NCBI GenBank assembly: GCA_040506705.1
Contig: JBEVWG010000066.1
Span: 2,982 to 66,981 of the forward strand
Reading direction: 5' to 3'
DNA from: Candidatus Thiodiazotropha sp. 6PLUC1
GTDB lineage: Bacteria; Pseudomonadota; Gammaproteobacteria; Chromatiales; Chromatiaceae
Length of the DNA stretch: 64,000 bases
Shown: positions 49,841 to 60,181 of the stretch, piece after piece
Layout: each line of letters begins with the position of its first letter
Position numbering within the stretch: the first letter of the stretch is position 1
Translations under genes and position numbers: made by a program
Notes under the pieces: generated by a model
What the model was told of the DNA's origin: nothing
Databases searched by the model: none
The model's input: the letters and a program-made list of their open reading frames with translations, nothing else

Positions 49841-50383
49841 ATGATGACAAGAGTTACCCTGTTCCGCCTGTTACCCGCTGTACTGTTTCTGCTTGTCTGT
49901 GCGAGTGCAAATGCAGTGGAAATGAGGCAAAATTTCACCCTGACAGGGACCAATGGCGAGACCGGCAGTGGTTTTTTTACCTGGGATGACGCGGTTATCC
50001 TTGACGGAAGCATTCTTCCACTCGGCAGCGTTATATCCGGATCTCTCACCGTTACAGGTGGCACCACGACAGGAGGAACTCAAACATTTGCACTTGCAGA
50101 CTGGACGGTAGGCATCCTGCGTTTAACACCTGATTTCGCCGTTGATTTAAACATCTCTGCTAATAACGGAGTAACGACTCTGGCGATTTTTAACACTTAT
50201 GAAACCGACGCTTCCTGGGGCTCGAGACTGACATTGATTCCTGGTGCCACTGTATTGGCAAATCCACCAGCTAACCCACGGGCTATCCCATTACTGGACT
50301 CCCCCGGTCTAATCATCATTTCACTGCTACTGGCTTTGACCGGCCTCTGGCAAGTAAAGCGTCAATCGAGCAAGAGGTCTTGA
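49841..50383 (+). CDS. Secreted protein with an IPTL-CTERM-like C-terminal sorting signal
   Basis: N-terminal signal peptide (LLPAVLFLLVCASANA). The C-terminus is IPLLDSPGLIIISLLLALTGLWQVKRQSSKRS, which reads as a motif, then a transmembrane helix, then a basic tail. Confidence 0.6.
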   Translation: MMTRVTLFRLLPAVLFLLVCASANAVEMRQNFTLTGTNGETGSGFFTWDDAVILDGSILPLGSVISGSLTVTGGTTTGGTQTFALADWTVGILRLTPDFAVDLNISANNGVTTLAIFNTYETDASWGSRLTLIPGATVLANPPANPRAIPLLDSPGLIIISLLLALTGLWQVKRQSSKRS

Positions 50384-51024
50384 CCGTCCACCTCGATACC
50401 CAGAGCTTTAAGTTTAATCAACTCTTCGGGACGATCCAGATCCCACAGTAGCGGCAGTTCACGCCAACTCCACTCCAGACTACGTAGTGCACTCCTGGTG
50501 GTTTCAGCAACGTCTTCTGTTCCCCAATTGTGGCCTCTGAATAGTTCGGCTGCTGCTGCTTTCAAACCCAACAGCACATAACCTCCATCCTGGGCTGGCC
50601 CCAATACAGCATCCTCAGTCTCCAACCAGGTAAAGGTCTGCTGTATATGATCAACGGTCAGTGGAGGAGAGTCGACACCAATCAGCACTACCTTTCGGTA
50701 GTGACGCAGTGCTCTGTTTGCCGCATGAAACATACGCTCACCAAGATCACTTCCCTGCTGATAGTGAACTGTAAAATCACAATCTTCAGCCAGTGTTTGT
50801 ATCAACGGATGAGCTTTATTCGAGCTGAGCCAAAGCTGGATTTGATAGCTTTTCTCTTTCGCCAACCAGTGGATTTCTCTTTGCAGTAAGCGGCTATAGA
50901 GTTCTGCCGCACCCTCTGCACCAAGTGCAGGAATCAATCGGGTTTTTACCTTTCCAACTTCAGGGACCTTGCTAAATACAAGCACGGCATTTGAGGGCGA
51001 TGCAGTTTCATATTCAATGGCCAT
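50362..51024 (-). CDS. DUF2064 / 'rSAM-selenodomain-associated transferase 1' family protein
   Basis: Family-typical blocks VLVFSKVPEVGKVKTRL, LIGVDSPP and QDGGYVLLGL. Last gene of the arsS operon. Confidence 0.8.
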   Translation of the reverse strand: MAIEYETASPSNAVLVFSKVPEVGKVKTRLIPALGAEGAAELYSRLLQREIHWLAKEKSYQIQLWLSSNKAHPLIQTLAEDCDFTVHYQQGSDLGERMFHAANRALRHYRKVVLIGVDSPPLTVDHIQQTFTWLETEDAVLGPAQDGGYVLLGLKAAAAELFRGHNWGTEDVAETTRSALRSLEWSWRELPLLWDLDRPEELIKLKALGIEVDGQDLLLD

Positions 51025-51703
51025 GACTACGATAAAATCCAGCTAAACGGGTGGGACTGACGCCCAGCCAATAAGCAAATCGTAAACCCCACATCAAAAG
51101 AATGGTCGACACTATCCCAGCAGACTCCCAGCGACGACTGGATGTGGTCAATCGTTCACGCAAACAGTTAGGCGCTGCAATACGCTTCAGGCGACGACTG
51201 ATTTCGATATCCTCCATTAATGGCTGCTGAGGAAATCCCCCGACGCTTTCGAACAGCTGTTTTTGTACAAACAACCCCTGATCGCCGGTGACGATAGCTG
51301 TCATCCTCGAGCGCCAGTTCATCATCCACGCAACCACTCGTAACAAGGGATGAGTGCCGTTAAAACGAACATCAAACCGCCCCCATAGAGCGTCAGAATC
51401 TGCAATTGTCAGTATCGCACTCTCGATACCCGGCTTGATCTGACTATCGGCATGCAAGAACCAGAGCAGATCACCATCGGCCATGGCTGCACCTGAATTC
51501 ATCTGAATTGCCCGTCCAGGAGGTGAAATCTGAAACCGATCCACATAAGATTGAAGCGCAGTTGAGAGTGGCGGCTCACTACCCCCATCGACCAGAATCA
51601 ACTGGTGCCCCTGGTGGCGCAGATACTGTAGATCCTGCAGCAACTTCAGCAATCCTTCTCCCTCATTCAGGCAGGGTATCACCACGCTCAACTTAATCGA
51701 CAT
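51014..51703 (-). CDS. Family 2 glycosyltransferase ('rSAM-selenodomain-associated transferase 2')
   Basis: GT2 N-terminus SVVIPCLNEGEGL...LILVDGGS. Overlaps the downstream gene by 11 nt. Confidence 0.8.
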   Translation of the reverse strand: MSIKLSVVIPCLNEGEGLLKLLQDLQYLRHQGHQLILVDGGSEPPLSTALQSYVDRFQISPPGRAIQMNSGAAMADGDLLWFLHADSQIKPGIESAILTIADSDALWGRFDVRFNGTHPLLRVVAWMMNWRSRMTAIVTGDQGLFVQKQLFESVGGFPQQPLMEDIEISRRLKRIAAPNCLRERLTTSSRRWESAGIVSTILLMWGLRFAYWLGVSPTRLAGFYRSHGH

Positions 51704-51749
51704 GGATGTATAGTATCCTCAAAGTCAAAACCGATCGGTGCGACATCGT

Positions 51750-52715
51750 TTACTCAACAAACGCACCGCCACAACTGCTTCCTTGTCCAGCGGTACACCC
51801 GTAGCAGTGCTCTGCCACCTGGATATCCAACCCCTTCAGATCCACATCGTAGAGATCTCTCAAATGGGGTTGATAGTTCTCTGCGGATTTGAGATGGATT
51901 TTCAACATTTGATTGAAGTCGCAATCATAGAGATAACCCTGCCAATCAACACTCAACAGGCTACGGCACATGACAGCCGCTAAATTTTCAGGCTTGTAGG
52001 CTCCTCGCAACAGATTCAGGTAGCTATTAAACTCTCCCTTGGACTGAAGCATACTGCCAAATCGTTGAATGGGCATATTGGTAATGGTGAACAGCTGATT
52101 AAATTGAATACCGAACCGCTGTTTAAGCTGAAGACGATAGTCTGCTTCCAGGGGCCCCTGGGGAGGTGGAAGTGTCGGGCCAAGAGGGTTGAAGACAAGA
52201 TTCAGTATCAGGCCGCTGTCTTTTACACCGTAACCCAACCTATTGAGTTTGAGCAGCGCCTCGATACTTTGAGAATAACTGCCTTTACCCCGTTGCTGAT
52301 CTACATTTTCCTCCAGGTAACAGGGCATGGATGCGACCACCTCAACCCCATGCCCGGCCAGAAACTCAGCCAGATCCTCCTGACCCGCCTCCTGCATAAT
52401 CACCAAATTACTTCGATCGATCACTTCAACACCCATCTTTCGCGCCTCTTCCACCAAGTAGCGAAAATCGGGATTCATCTCTGGGGCACCACCAGTCAGA
52501 TCAAGCTGTTTCAGCTGCTGCATCTCAAGAAACAGCAGTACATTCTCGATAGTCTCACGACTCATCATCTCAGTACGTTTGGGGCCTGCGTTTACATGAC
52601 AGTGCACACAAGACAGGTTGCAGAGAAATCCCAGATTCACCTGCAGGGTCTCCAGCCTCTCCCGCTGAATAGCGGGAAAGGATGTAGGGCTTAGTAGATG
52701 TACCGTATCAAGCAT
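51750..52715 (-). CDS. arsS: Radical SAM / Cys-rich domain protein ArsS (arsenosugar-biosynthesis family)
   Basis: CxxxCxxC-type cluster motif (CNLSCVHCHV) and the C-terminal Cys-rich signature HCYGCTAGQGSSCGG. I chose the ATG at 52715. The tracked ORF is 30 codons longer. Confidence 0.85.
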   Translation of the reverse strand: MLDTVHLLSPTSFPAIQRERLETLQVNLGFLCNLSCVHCHVNAGPKRTEMMSRETIENVLLFLEMQQLKQLDLTGGAPEMNPDFRYLVEEARKMGVEVIDRSNLVIMQEAGQEDLAEFLAGHGVEVVASMPCYLEENVDQQRGKGSYSQSIEALLKLNRLGYGVKDSGLILNLVFNPLGPTLPPPQGPLEADYRLQLKQRFGIQFNQLFTITNMPIQRFGSMLQSKGEFNSYLNLLRGAYKPENLAAVMCRSLLSVDWQGYLYDCDFNQMLKIHLKSAENYQPHLRDLYDVDLKGLDIQVAEHCYGCTAGQGSSCGGAFVE

Positions 52716-53031
52716 ATTTAAATCCCGAATTGTTACTAACCACGCCCCGTCAACTGCGCATGCCAGGCTTTCAGGTAGTGGTGTTCTTTTTGAGCATAGC
52801 CACACCCTCTATTTTTAGGGCATCTGATCATGGATACGGATACGCTTCCATATTGGATGCAATTTTACTGGAATTCTGACCAATCCCATCCTTAGTCTTC
52901 CTATGGATGAACATCTCGAGCCTGATGATTCAATATCAATCATTCAACCAAAAAACTCGACTTTATCCGTTCAAAAAATAGAAAACATCGTAGCATTTTA
53001 TATCTAATACAGGGACAATAGCCTGGCGTCC

Positions 53032-53108
<77 letters not shown>

Positions 53109-53233
53109 ACTCGGCACCCAGGAAAACCTTTTAAGCTGCTGAGCCACCATCTCCGATAGTGTCTAAATCGCTTATGTGTTTAATCAATATCAGCACTGAG
53201 TCCAACAGCCTCTGTAACAAGAGACCCTATCAG

Positions 53234-53698
53234 ATGAACCTCGTTCGAAATATCACAAACTCTCTGACTCTCCTGCTACTACTATTCAGCCTGGGCCCTG
53301 ACTGTGTGGCGGCTGCCAGCCTGCAAGGAAGAGTCATTAATGTTTTCAGTGGTGAACAGCTCCAAGCCACCATCTCTGATGGGCGACTACGCCAGATAAA
53401 GCTGCTTGGTATCAGAGCGCCGGTAAATTCCAGACGTATCAGTGCCGATGCAAAACAGTATCTACACATGCTTACCGCCGGCCGCGCTATATCTATCGAA
53501 TACCGGGTCGTTATGGCAAACGGTGTTATACTTGGAACAGTGAAACATGGTGGCGCAGACATCGCACTGCGTATGCTTAAAGCGGGTATGGCACGCGTAG
53601 CTGACGAAGCCCATCTTGATCCCGAAACCCGACGGGGTTACCTGGCCGCAGAAAGATTGGCAAGGGGTAGAAAAGTGGGCCTCTGGCAGCAACACTAA
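53234..53698 (+). CDS. Secreted staphylococcal-nuclease-like (SNase/thermonuclease fold) protein, probably catalytically degenerate
   Basis: Signal peptide followed by SNase-like blocks (GRVINVFSGEQL...IKLLGIRAPV...GLWQ). The expected D-T-P-E active-site block reads R-A-P-V. Confidence 0.7.
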   Translation: MNLVRNITNSLTLLLLLFSLGPDCVAAASLQGRVINVFSGEQLQATISDGRLRQIKLLGIRAPVNSRRISADAKQYLHMLTAGRAISIEYRVVMANGVILGTVKHGGADIALRMLKAGMARVADEAHLDPETRRGYLAAERLARGRKVGLWQQH

Positions 53699-53732
53699 TT
53701 TATGAAAGTCTGCGTTGAGAGGAGACTATCAG

Positions 53733-54008
53733 ATGGGTAAAAAATCAAAAAAAACCAAGCAAGAGCTTGAGGATAAGAGCAAAAAAGAGAACTCGAAAAA
53801 AAACAAGATCAAGAAACCCAAAATGCATAAATCAAAGACACCAATGAACCCGCCGACCATAGATCCTACTCTAAGGTATCAGATGATCGAAACAGCGGCT
53901 TACTATATTGCCGAAAGACATGGATTTGATCCTAGAAAATCTATCGAGGATTGGGCACAGGCTGAGCAAGAGATCGACAAGCGTCTGAAAGAAGAGAGTC
54001 AAAGCTGA
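53733..54008 (+). CDS. DUF2934-like small protein with a Lys-rich N-terminus
   Basis: The C-terminal motif IETAAYYIAERHGFDPRKSIEDWAQAEQEI is typical of DUF2934. The ATG at 53733 has a GGAG Shine-Dalgarno. Confidence 0.65.
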   Translation: MGKKSKKTKQELEDKSKKENSKKNKIKKPKMHKSKTPMNPPTIDPTLRYQMIETAAYYIAERHGFDPRKSIEDWAQAEQEIDKRLKEESQS

Positions 54009-54068
54009 TTCAGCTCTATAAGCCCAGGATAGGCACAGTGTCTGAAAGGTTAATCTAATTCAGTGATA

Positions 54069-54320
54069 TCAGGCCTTGTCAGATTTTTTTGGCGCTCTCT
54101 TTTTACTCTTACCTGATGTTTTGGACTCACTCTTGCGCAGTCGCTTGAGATTTTCACACAGTGCACTCTCCAATGCTTTGTATACTTTTAGCTGAGCTGC
54201 CTGATAGCTCGTTTCCGGCTCTCCTACCAACTCCAGGCGCGCACCAAAATAGGCCAGATCCGCCTCCAAAGAGATCGGATTCAGATTGACCCTTAGTTTA
54301 TTGTGATTTTGGCCCGACAA
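54069..54320 (-). CDS. Hypothetical small protein with a basic C-terminal tail
   Basis: 83-aa ORF with a TTG start. I recognised no family. The coding call rests only on ORF length and intergenic position. Confidence 0.35.
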   Translation of the reverse strand: MSGQNHNKLRVNLNPISLEADLAYFGARLELVGEPETSYQAAQLKVYKALESALCENLKRLRKSESKTSGKSKKRAPKKSDKA

Positions 54321-54549
54321 TCTCTCAGTCCTTGCTCATTGACAGATTAATTCTGTACGCTCTAATCTTAACGACTCCAGTCATTCCAAACACCTTGTCT
54401 GGTCATCTATTTACAATTTATTCTATTCTGACACAGGATGAACGAATTTTTTACAATATCTACTGCCAAATACCCAGCCTGTGCTAACATTTACTGATAG
54501 CTGCACAAAAATAAGTTATATTTACTAGCCAATTGGTTCCAAATAGACG

Positions 54550-57411
54550 ATGACCACAAATCTGGATTCCCTTAGATCCACTTCCGCCTTTTCTGGTGGC
54601 AATGCCTCTTTCGTAGAAGACCTTTACGAATCTTACCTCAAAGATCCTGAGAGCGTACCTCCAGATTGGCGACACCAATTTGACCAACTCCCCCATCAGG
54701 AGAGACTCGATACCGCCCATGAGCCCATTAGGCAACGCTTCCTCCATCTGGTAAAAGAGAAGCGTTCTGCTACAGCATCACCACAGGAAAACCTCTCTCC
54801 TGCAGCTGCTGAGCAACAGGCCTCTGTGCTTCGCTTTATCAACGGTTATCGCATGCGGGGTCACCAGAATGCCAACCTTGATCCGCTAAAGCTTCGTGAG
54901 ATGGTGACCGTCGATGATCTCGATCTGGCTTACCACAAGCTCGACAACATTGACCAAAACACTATATATAACACAGGTTCCCTGTTCGCCCCTGAGCGCA
55001 TGGCGCTAAAGGATATAATCGAACTGGTGAAAAAGAGCTATTGTGGCAGTGTCGGTACGGAATATGGACACATTACCGATACCAAGCAGAAGCGATGGAT
55101 ACAGGAGCGCATCGAACAGCGACACCTGCTTCAACAATTCAGCGTCAAGGAAAAGAGCTGGCTGTTAACCCTGTTGACTGCGGCAGAAGGCATCGAAAAA
55201 TATCTGCACACACGCTATGTTGGGCAGAAGCGGTTCTCCCTGGAGGGTGGTGAAACACTGATCCCTCTACTTGATGATTTGATCCAACATGCAGGCAAAA
55301 ATGATATCAATGAAGTCGTCATCGGCATGGCCCACCGTGGGCGTATCAATGTCCTGACCAACATTCTAGGTAAACCGCCACATGAGATCTTTGATGAATT
55401 TGAAGGCCGGGTCACTGTTGATCCTCAACGCCTCTCCGGTGACGTTAAATACCATATGGGTTTCTCAACAGATATCGATACTCCCGGTGGTATCGTGCAC
55501 ACGATATTGGGCTTCAACCCGTCTCATCTGGAGATCATCAATCCGGTTATAGAGGGTTCTGTCCGTGCCCGACAACGGCGTCGTGGTGATCATGATGGCT
55601 CGCGGGTACTACCAATTCTAATCCATGGTGACTCTGCCTTCGCTGGCCAGGGTGTGGTCATGGAGACACTGAATCTTTCCCAGACACGAGGCTACGCCAC
55701 CGGTGGAACCGTTCACATCATCACCAACAACCAGATCGGTTTTACCACCAGTAACCCACTGGACACCCGCTCAACCCTTTACTGTACTGACGTTGCAAAG
55801 ATGGTTCAGGCACCCATTTTTCATGTTAATGGCGATGATCCGGAAGCTGTCATTTTCGTTACCAGGTTGGCACTCGATTTCCGTATGCGCTTCCGCAAAG
55901 ACGTTGTCATCGATGTCATCTGCTATCGCCGTCTAGGACACAATGAGGCGGATGAGCCGTCAGTGACTCAACCCGAGATGTATCGTAAAATCCGCAACCA
56001 CCCCACCGTAAGAACCCTGTATGGTGAAAAGCTCGTTCAAGATTCAGTCATTACACCACAACAGGCCAGAGACCTGGTGGATAACTATCGAGAATCGCTG
56101 GAGGCAGGTATTGTAGAGGCCAGACCAGTCACCTGCGCACTGCGCCACCCCTATGCTGTTCGCTGGAATGGTTTTAAAGGTATCGAATGGGACCATCCCT
56201 GCGATACCACTTTATCAATCGACACCTTTAACCAGTTGTCAGATCAGTTGCTTCATGTACCTGGTGGATTCGAGCTCCATCCCAGGGTGGAGAAAATCTG
56301 GACCGAACGTCGTCGCATGGCCAACGGAGACCAATTGATCGATTGGGGTTTTGCAGAAAACCTGGCCTACGCCTCAATGTTGACCGAGGGTATTCCAATT
56401 CGTCTCTCAGGTCAGGATTCTGGACGGGGAACCTTCTTTCATAGACATGCAGTGCTACACAATCAGAGCGATGGGGAATCCCTGGTGCCGCTGCAGCACC
56501 TCAGTCAAAATCAGGCTGATTTTGTGGTTATCGATTCCCTGCTCTCGGAAGAGGCTGTATTGGGATACGAGTATGGCTATGCCACAGCAGATCCAAATTC
56601 ATTGACCATCTGGGAAGCCCAATTTGGTGACTTTGCCAATGGCGCCCAGGTGGTAATTGACCAGTTCATCACCTCTGGCGGTGAAAAGTGGGGACTATTA
56701 TGTGGCCTCGTGATGCTGCTTCCTCACGGATATGAAGGACAAGGTGCAGAACACTCATCCGCCCGACCCGAACGTTTTCTACGCCTCTGCGCCAATCATA
56801 ATATTCAGGTCTGTTGCCCTACCAATGCCTCACAGATATTTCATCTGCTTCGGCGTCAGATCCTGCGTCCATATCGTCATCCGCTGGTTGTCATGACACC
56901 AAAGAGTCTACTGAGACATCGCCTCGCCACCTCATCCAAACAGTCACTCATAGAAGGCAAGTTTGAGAATGTAATCGATGAGATCGATGAGATCGATCAC
57001 AAGAAGGTAAAACGTGTTGTCCTCTGCACCGGAAAAGTCTACTACGAGTTACTTGAAACACGTCGCTCCAGAGGCTTGGAGGACGTTGCGATCATTCGCA
57101 TTGAGCAGCTCTACCCCTTCCCGCAAAAAGAGTTCGACAAAGTGATACGGCAATATAAAAATGCCAAAATGATTATCTGGTGTCAGGAGGAACCCCAGAA
57201 CCAGGGGGCCTGGGATCAGATAAAACATCGCTTCTACCCATTAACTTCAAAAAGCAGACAGCTACACTACGTCGGGCGCTCTACCGCCGCTGCTCCAGCA
57301 GTAGGTTATCGCTCAGTTCACATCGCCCAGCAAGAGACCTTGATAGATGAGGCGCTCAGTGGACGCATCAACCCTAGAATGAATTACAGGAATCAGGCAT
57401 ACCAACAATGA
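54550..57411 (+). CDS. sucA: 2-oxoglutarate dehydrogenase E1 component
   Basis: 953 aa with a conserved N-terminus ([27 protein letters not shown]) and ThDP-binding region. Its stop overlaps the sucB start (ATGA). Confidence 0.97.
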   Translation: MTTNLDSLRSTSAFSGGNASFVEDLYESYLKDPESVPPDWRHQFDQLPHQERLDTAHEPIRQRFLHLVKEKRSATASPQENLSPAAAEQQASVLRFINGYRMRGHQNANLDPLKLREMVTVDDLDLAYHKLDNIDQNTIYNTGSLFAPERMALKDIIELVKKSYCGSVGTEYGHITDTKQKRWIQERIEQRHLLQQFSVKEKSWLLTLLTAAEGIEKYLHTRYVGQKRFSLEGGETLIPLLDDLIQHAGKNDINEVVIGMAHRGRINVLTNILGKPPHEIFDEFEGRVTVDPQRLSGDVKYHMGFSTDIDTPGGIVHTILGFNPSHLEIINPVIEGSVRARQRRRGDHDGSRVLPILIHGDSAFAGQGVVMETLNLSQTRGYATGGTVHIITNNQIGFTTSNPLDTRSTLYCTDVAKMVQAPIFHVNGDDPEAVIFVTRLALDFRMRFRKDVVIDVICYRRLGHNEADEPSVTQPEMYRKIRNHPTVRTLYGEKLVQDSVITPQQARDLVDNYRESLEAGIVEARPVTCALRHPYAVRWNGFKGIEWDHPCDTTLSIDTFNQLSDQLLHVPGGFELHPRVEKIWTERRRMANGDQLIDWGFAENLAYASMLTEGIPIRLSGQDSGRGTFFHRHAVLHNQSDGESLVPLQHLSQNQADFVVIDSLLSEEAVLGYEYGYATADPNSLTIWEAQFGDFANGAQVVIDQFITSGGEKWGLLCGLVMLLPHGYEGQGAEHSSARPERFLRLCANHNIQVCCPTNASQIFHLLRRQILRPYRHPLVVMTPKSLLRHRLATSSKQSLIEGKFENVIDEIDEIDHKKVKRVVLCTGKVYYELLETRRSRGLEDVAIIRIEQLYPFPQKEFDKVIRQYKNAKMIIWCQEEPQNQGAWDQIKHRFYPLTSKSRQLHYVGRSTAAAPAVGYRSVHIAQQETLIDEALSGRINPRMNYRNQAYQQ

Positions 57412-58601
57412 GCATTGAACTACGTGTCCCCCAACTACCGGAGTCTGTCTCAGACGCAACAATATTGAGTTGGCACAAACAACCGGGTGAATCGGTAAAA
57501 CAGGACGAGACTTTGGTGGATCTCGAAACCGATAAAGTGGTACTCGAAGTACCAGCCCCACAAGATGGACAACTGAAAGAGATACGTTTTAAAGAGGGTG
57601 AAACTGTCCAGGCTGAGGATATTCTGGCACTAATGGAGGCAGGCTCTGTTGCAGAAGAAACCCCTTCCAGCCAGCCTGAAACCGATGCTGAAGAGAGTGA
57701 AGATTCCCCGGTCTTGTCACCAGCAGTCAGACGCTTGGTCAATGAAAGTGGCATTGATCCCAATACGATCAAGGGTAGTGGCAAAAACGGCCGTATCGTA
57801 AAAGCTGATGTTGAAGCGGCCATTGCGGACAAACCTGCACAGCAAGCCAGCCAACCCAAAAAATCTACACCAACTCAGGCTGTTCCTGCTGATGCTGATG
57901 GCAGAGTTGAGCAACGGGTACCGATGACCCGTCTGCGTAAACGGGTTGCAGAGCGTCTGATCGAAGCGCAACAAACTGCCGCCATTCTGACTACCTTTAA
58001 TGAGGTAAACCTGCAAGCAGTCTCCAATCTGCGAGCAACCCATCGTGACACATTCGAAAAGCGCCATGATGTGAAACTCGGTTTCATGTCATTTTTCGTC
58101 AAGGCTGCAGTTGAAGCACTGAAACAGTTTCCAATCATCAATGCCACCATGGATGGAGATGATATTCTCTATCACGGCTACTTTGACATTGGCATTGCAG
58201 TCTCATCCCCTCGTGGATTGGTAGTACCCATTCTACGTGATGCAGACCAACTCAGCTTTGCCGCTGTCGAACAACGCATCAAAGAGTATGGTGAAAAAGC
58301 CAAGCAGGGTTCATTGAGCTACGATGATCTGACTGGAGGAACCTTTTCCATCACCAATGGTGGTGTATTTGGCTCAATGCTCTCTACTCCGATCCTCAAT
58401 CCTCCCCAGAGCGCAATCCTGGGTATGCACTCGATTCAGCAACGTCCGGTAGCTGAAAAGGGAGAGATCGTTATACGACCAATGATGTATCTGGCACTAT
58501 CTTATGATCACAGGATTATTGACGGGAGAGATGCCGTACAATTCCTGGTAACCATAAAACAATTACTCGAAGATCCAAGCCGTTTACTGCTGGAGATCTA
58601 A
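57408..58601 (+). CDS. sucB: Dihydrolipoyllysine-residue succinyltransferase (E2o)
   Basis: Lipoyl domain ([13 protein letters not shown]), E3-binding domain (SPAVRRL) and catalytic domain (DHRIIDG). Confidence 0.97.
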   Translation: MSIELRVPQLPESVSDATILSWHKQPGESVKQDETLVDLETDKVVLEVPAPQDGQLKEIRFKEGETVQAEDILALMEAGSVAEETPSSQPETDAEESEDSPVLSPAVRRLVNESGIDPNTIKGSGKNGRIVKADVEAAIADKPAQQASQPKKSTPTQAVPADADGRVEQRVPMTRLRKRVAERLIEAQQTAAILTTFNEVNLQAVSNLRATHRDTFEKRHDVKLGFMSFFVKAAVEALKQFPIINATMDGDDILYHGYFDIGIAVSSPRGLVVPILRDADQLSFAAVEQRIKEYGEKAKQGSLSYDDLTGGTFSITNGGVFGSMLSTPILNPPQSAILGMHSIQQRPVAEKGEIVIRPMMYLALSYDHRIIDGRDAVQFLVTIKQLLEDPSRLLLEI

Positions 58602-58651
58602 TTAATTAACATGGTACCCCTTATCTTCTGCAGATAAGAACAGGATAGGTT

Positions 58652-60175
58652 ATGACACATATTCGCGAGGATGATTTCATCCAAAGCATTGCTGATGCCA
58701 TACAGTTCATCTCCTACTATCACCCGGCCGATTTTCTCAAGGCCCTGGGTAAAGCCTACGAGAATGAACAGAGCCCTGCAGCAAAAGATGCAATGGCTCA
58801 GATTCTGGTTAACTCCCGCATGTGTGCTGAAGGAAGGCGCCCCGTCTGTCAGGATACTGGCATGGTGGTGGTGTTTCTGAAAATTGGTATGGAGATCACC
58901 TGGGACAACCAACTGACTATCAATGAGATGGTAAACCAGGGAGTACGGCATGGCTACGCCCACCCGGATAACCTGCTGCGCTTCTCCATGGTCAGCGATC
59001 CTCTGGGCTCACGCAAAAACACCGGTGACAATACCCCGGCCATCATTCATACCGAACTGGTAGCGGGTGATAAAGTTGAGGTCAAGATCGCCGCAAAGGG
59101 TGGCGGCTCTGAAAACAAATCCCGCTTCAAAGTACTTAACCCTTCTGGCTCCCTGGTGGAGTGGGTACTTGAGGAGATCCCCAAAATGGGTGCAGGGTGG
59201 TGCCCTCCGGGAATGCTTGGCATTGGTGTAGGTGGCAGCGCTGAAAAGGCGATGCTATTGGCCAAAGAGTCACTTATGGAACCCATCGATATTCAAGAAC
59301 TGTTTACCCGGGGGCCTCATAATCGCAAAGAGGAGTTACGCCTGGAGATATATGAGAAGGTCAATGCCCTGGGTATCGGTGCACAGGGTCTTGGTGGGCT
59401 AACGACTGTTCTGGATGTCAAGATCAGTGACTTTCCCACCCATGCCGCCTCCTTGCCTGTAGGTATGATTCCCAACTGTGCGGCAACCCGACATGTAGAG
59501 TTCACACTGGATGGCAGCGGACCTGCCCTGCTTACTCCACCACAAGCCAGTGACTGGCCAGATGTCACCTGGGAGGCTTCACCCCAGGCACGCCGGGTTG
59601 ATCTGGATAAGGTCAACAGAGAAGAGATCGCCAGTTGGAAGCCTGGTGAATTGATTCTTCTGAATGGCAAACTGCTGACCGGACGGGATGCTGCTCACAA
59701 ACGAATTGCAGATCTCTTCGAAAAAGGTGAACCTCTACCCGATCAGGTCGACTTTCATAATAGATTCATCTATTACGTAGGCCCTGTAGATCCGGTACGG
59801 GATGAAGTCGTTGGACCTGCAGGCCCTACAACAGCGACACGTATGGATAAGTTCAGTGAATTGATGCTGGGCCAGGCAGGATTGCTTGGCATGGTGGGTA
59901 AAGCTGAGCGAGGACCCACTGCAATTGAAGCAATTAAAAAACATAAAGCTGTCTACCTGATGGCTGTGGGTGGCGCCGCCTACCTGGTCTCCAAAGCGAT
60001 TCGTGGTTCCCGCGTGCTGGCTTTCGAGGATCTTGGTATGGAGGCGATAAGGGAATTTGATGTTGTTGATTTCCCTGTCACCGTCGCAGTCGACAGCCAG
60101 GGCGTTTCGGTTCATCAGACCGGTCCTGCAGAGTGGCAGAGCAAGATTGGAAAAATAGCTGTAGTTACGGAGTAG
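58652..60175 (+). CDS. Class I (Fe-S) fumarate hydratase
   Basis: 507-aa fused alpha/beta-type fumarase (CQDTGMVVVFLKIG, GGSENKS). Confidence 0.93.
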   Translation: MTHIREDDFIQSIADAIQFISYYHPADFLKALGKAYENEQSPAAKDAMAQILVNSRMCAEGRRPVCQDTGMVVVFLKIGMEITWDNQLTINEMVNQGVRHGYAHPDNLLRFSMVSDPLGSRKNTGDNTPAIIHTELVAGDKVEVKIAAKGGGSENKSRFKVLNPSGSLVEWVLEEIPKMGAGWCPPGMLGIGVGGSAEKAMLLAKESLMEPIDIQELFTRGPHNRKEELRLEIYEKVNALGIGAQGLGGLTTVLDVKISDFPTHAASLPVGMIPNCAATRHVEFTLDGSGPALLTPPQASDWPDVTWEASPQARRVDLDKVNREEIASWKPGELILLNGKLLTGRDAAHKRIADLFEKGEPLPDQVDFHNRFIYYVGPVDPVRDEVVGPAGPTTATRMDKFSELMLGQAGLLGMVGKAERGPTAIEAIKKHKAVYLMAVGGAAYLVSKAIRGSRVLAFEDLGMEAIREFDVVDFPVTVAVDSQGVSVHQTGPAEWQSKIGKIAVVTE

Positions 60176-60181
60176 TCCACC

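Noticed and set aside
51750-51800. Possible in-frame TGA selenocysteine in the ArsS C-terminal Cys-rich motif.
   Set aside because: The motif reads SSCGG with a Cys codon, and the ORF ends at a normal stop. There is no evidence of recoding in this copy.
54372-54382. A candidate attR direct repeat of the tRNA-Arg 3' end.
   Set aside because: It is only an 11-nt match with one mismatch, and there is no integrase gene. That is too weak to call a bounded genomic island, so I mention it only as a hint.
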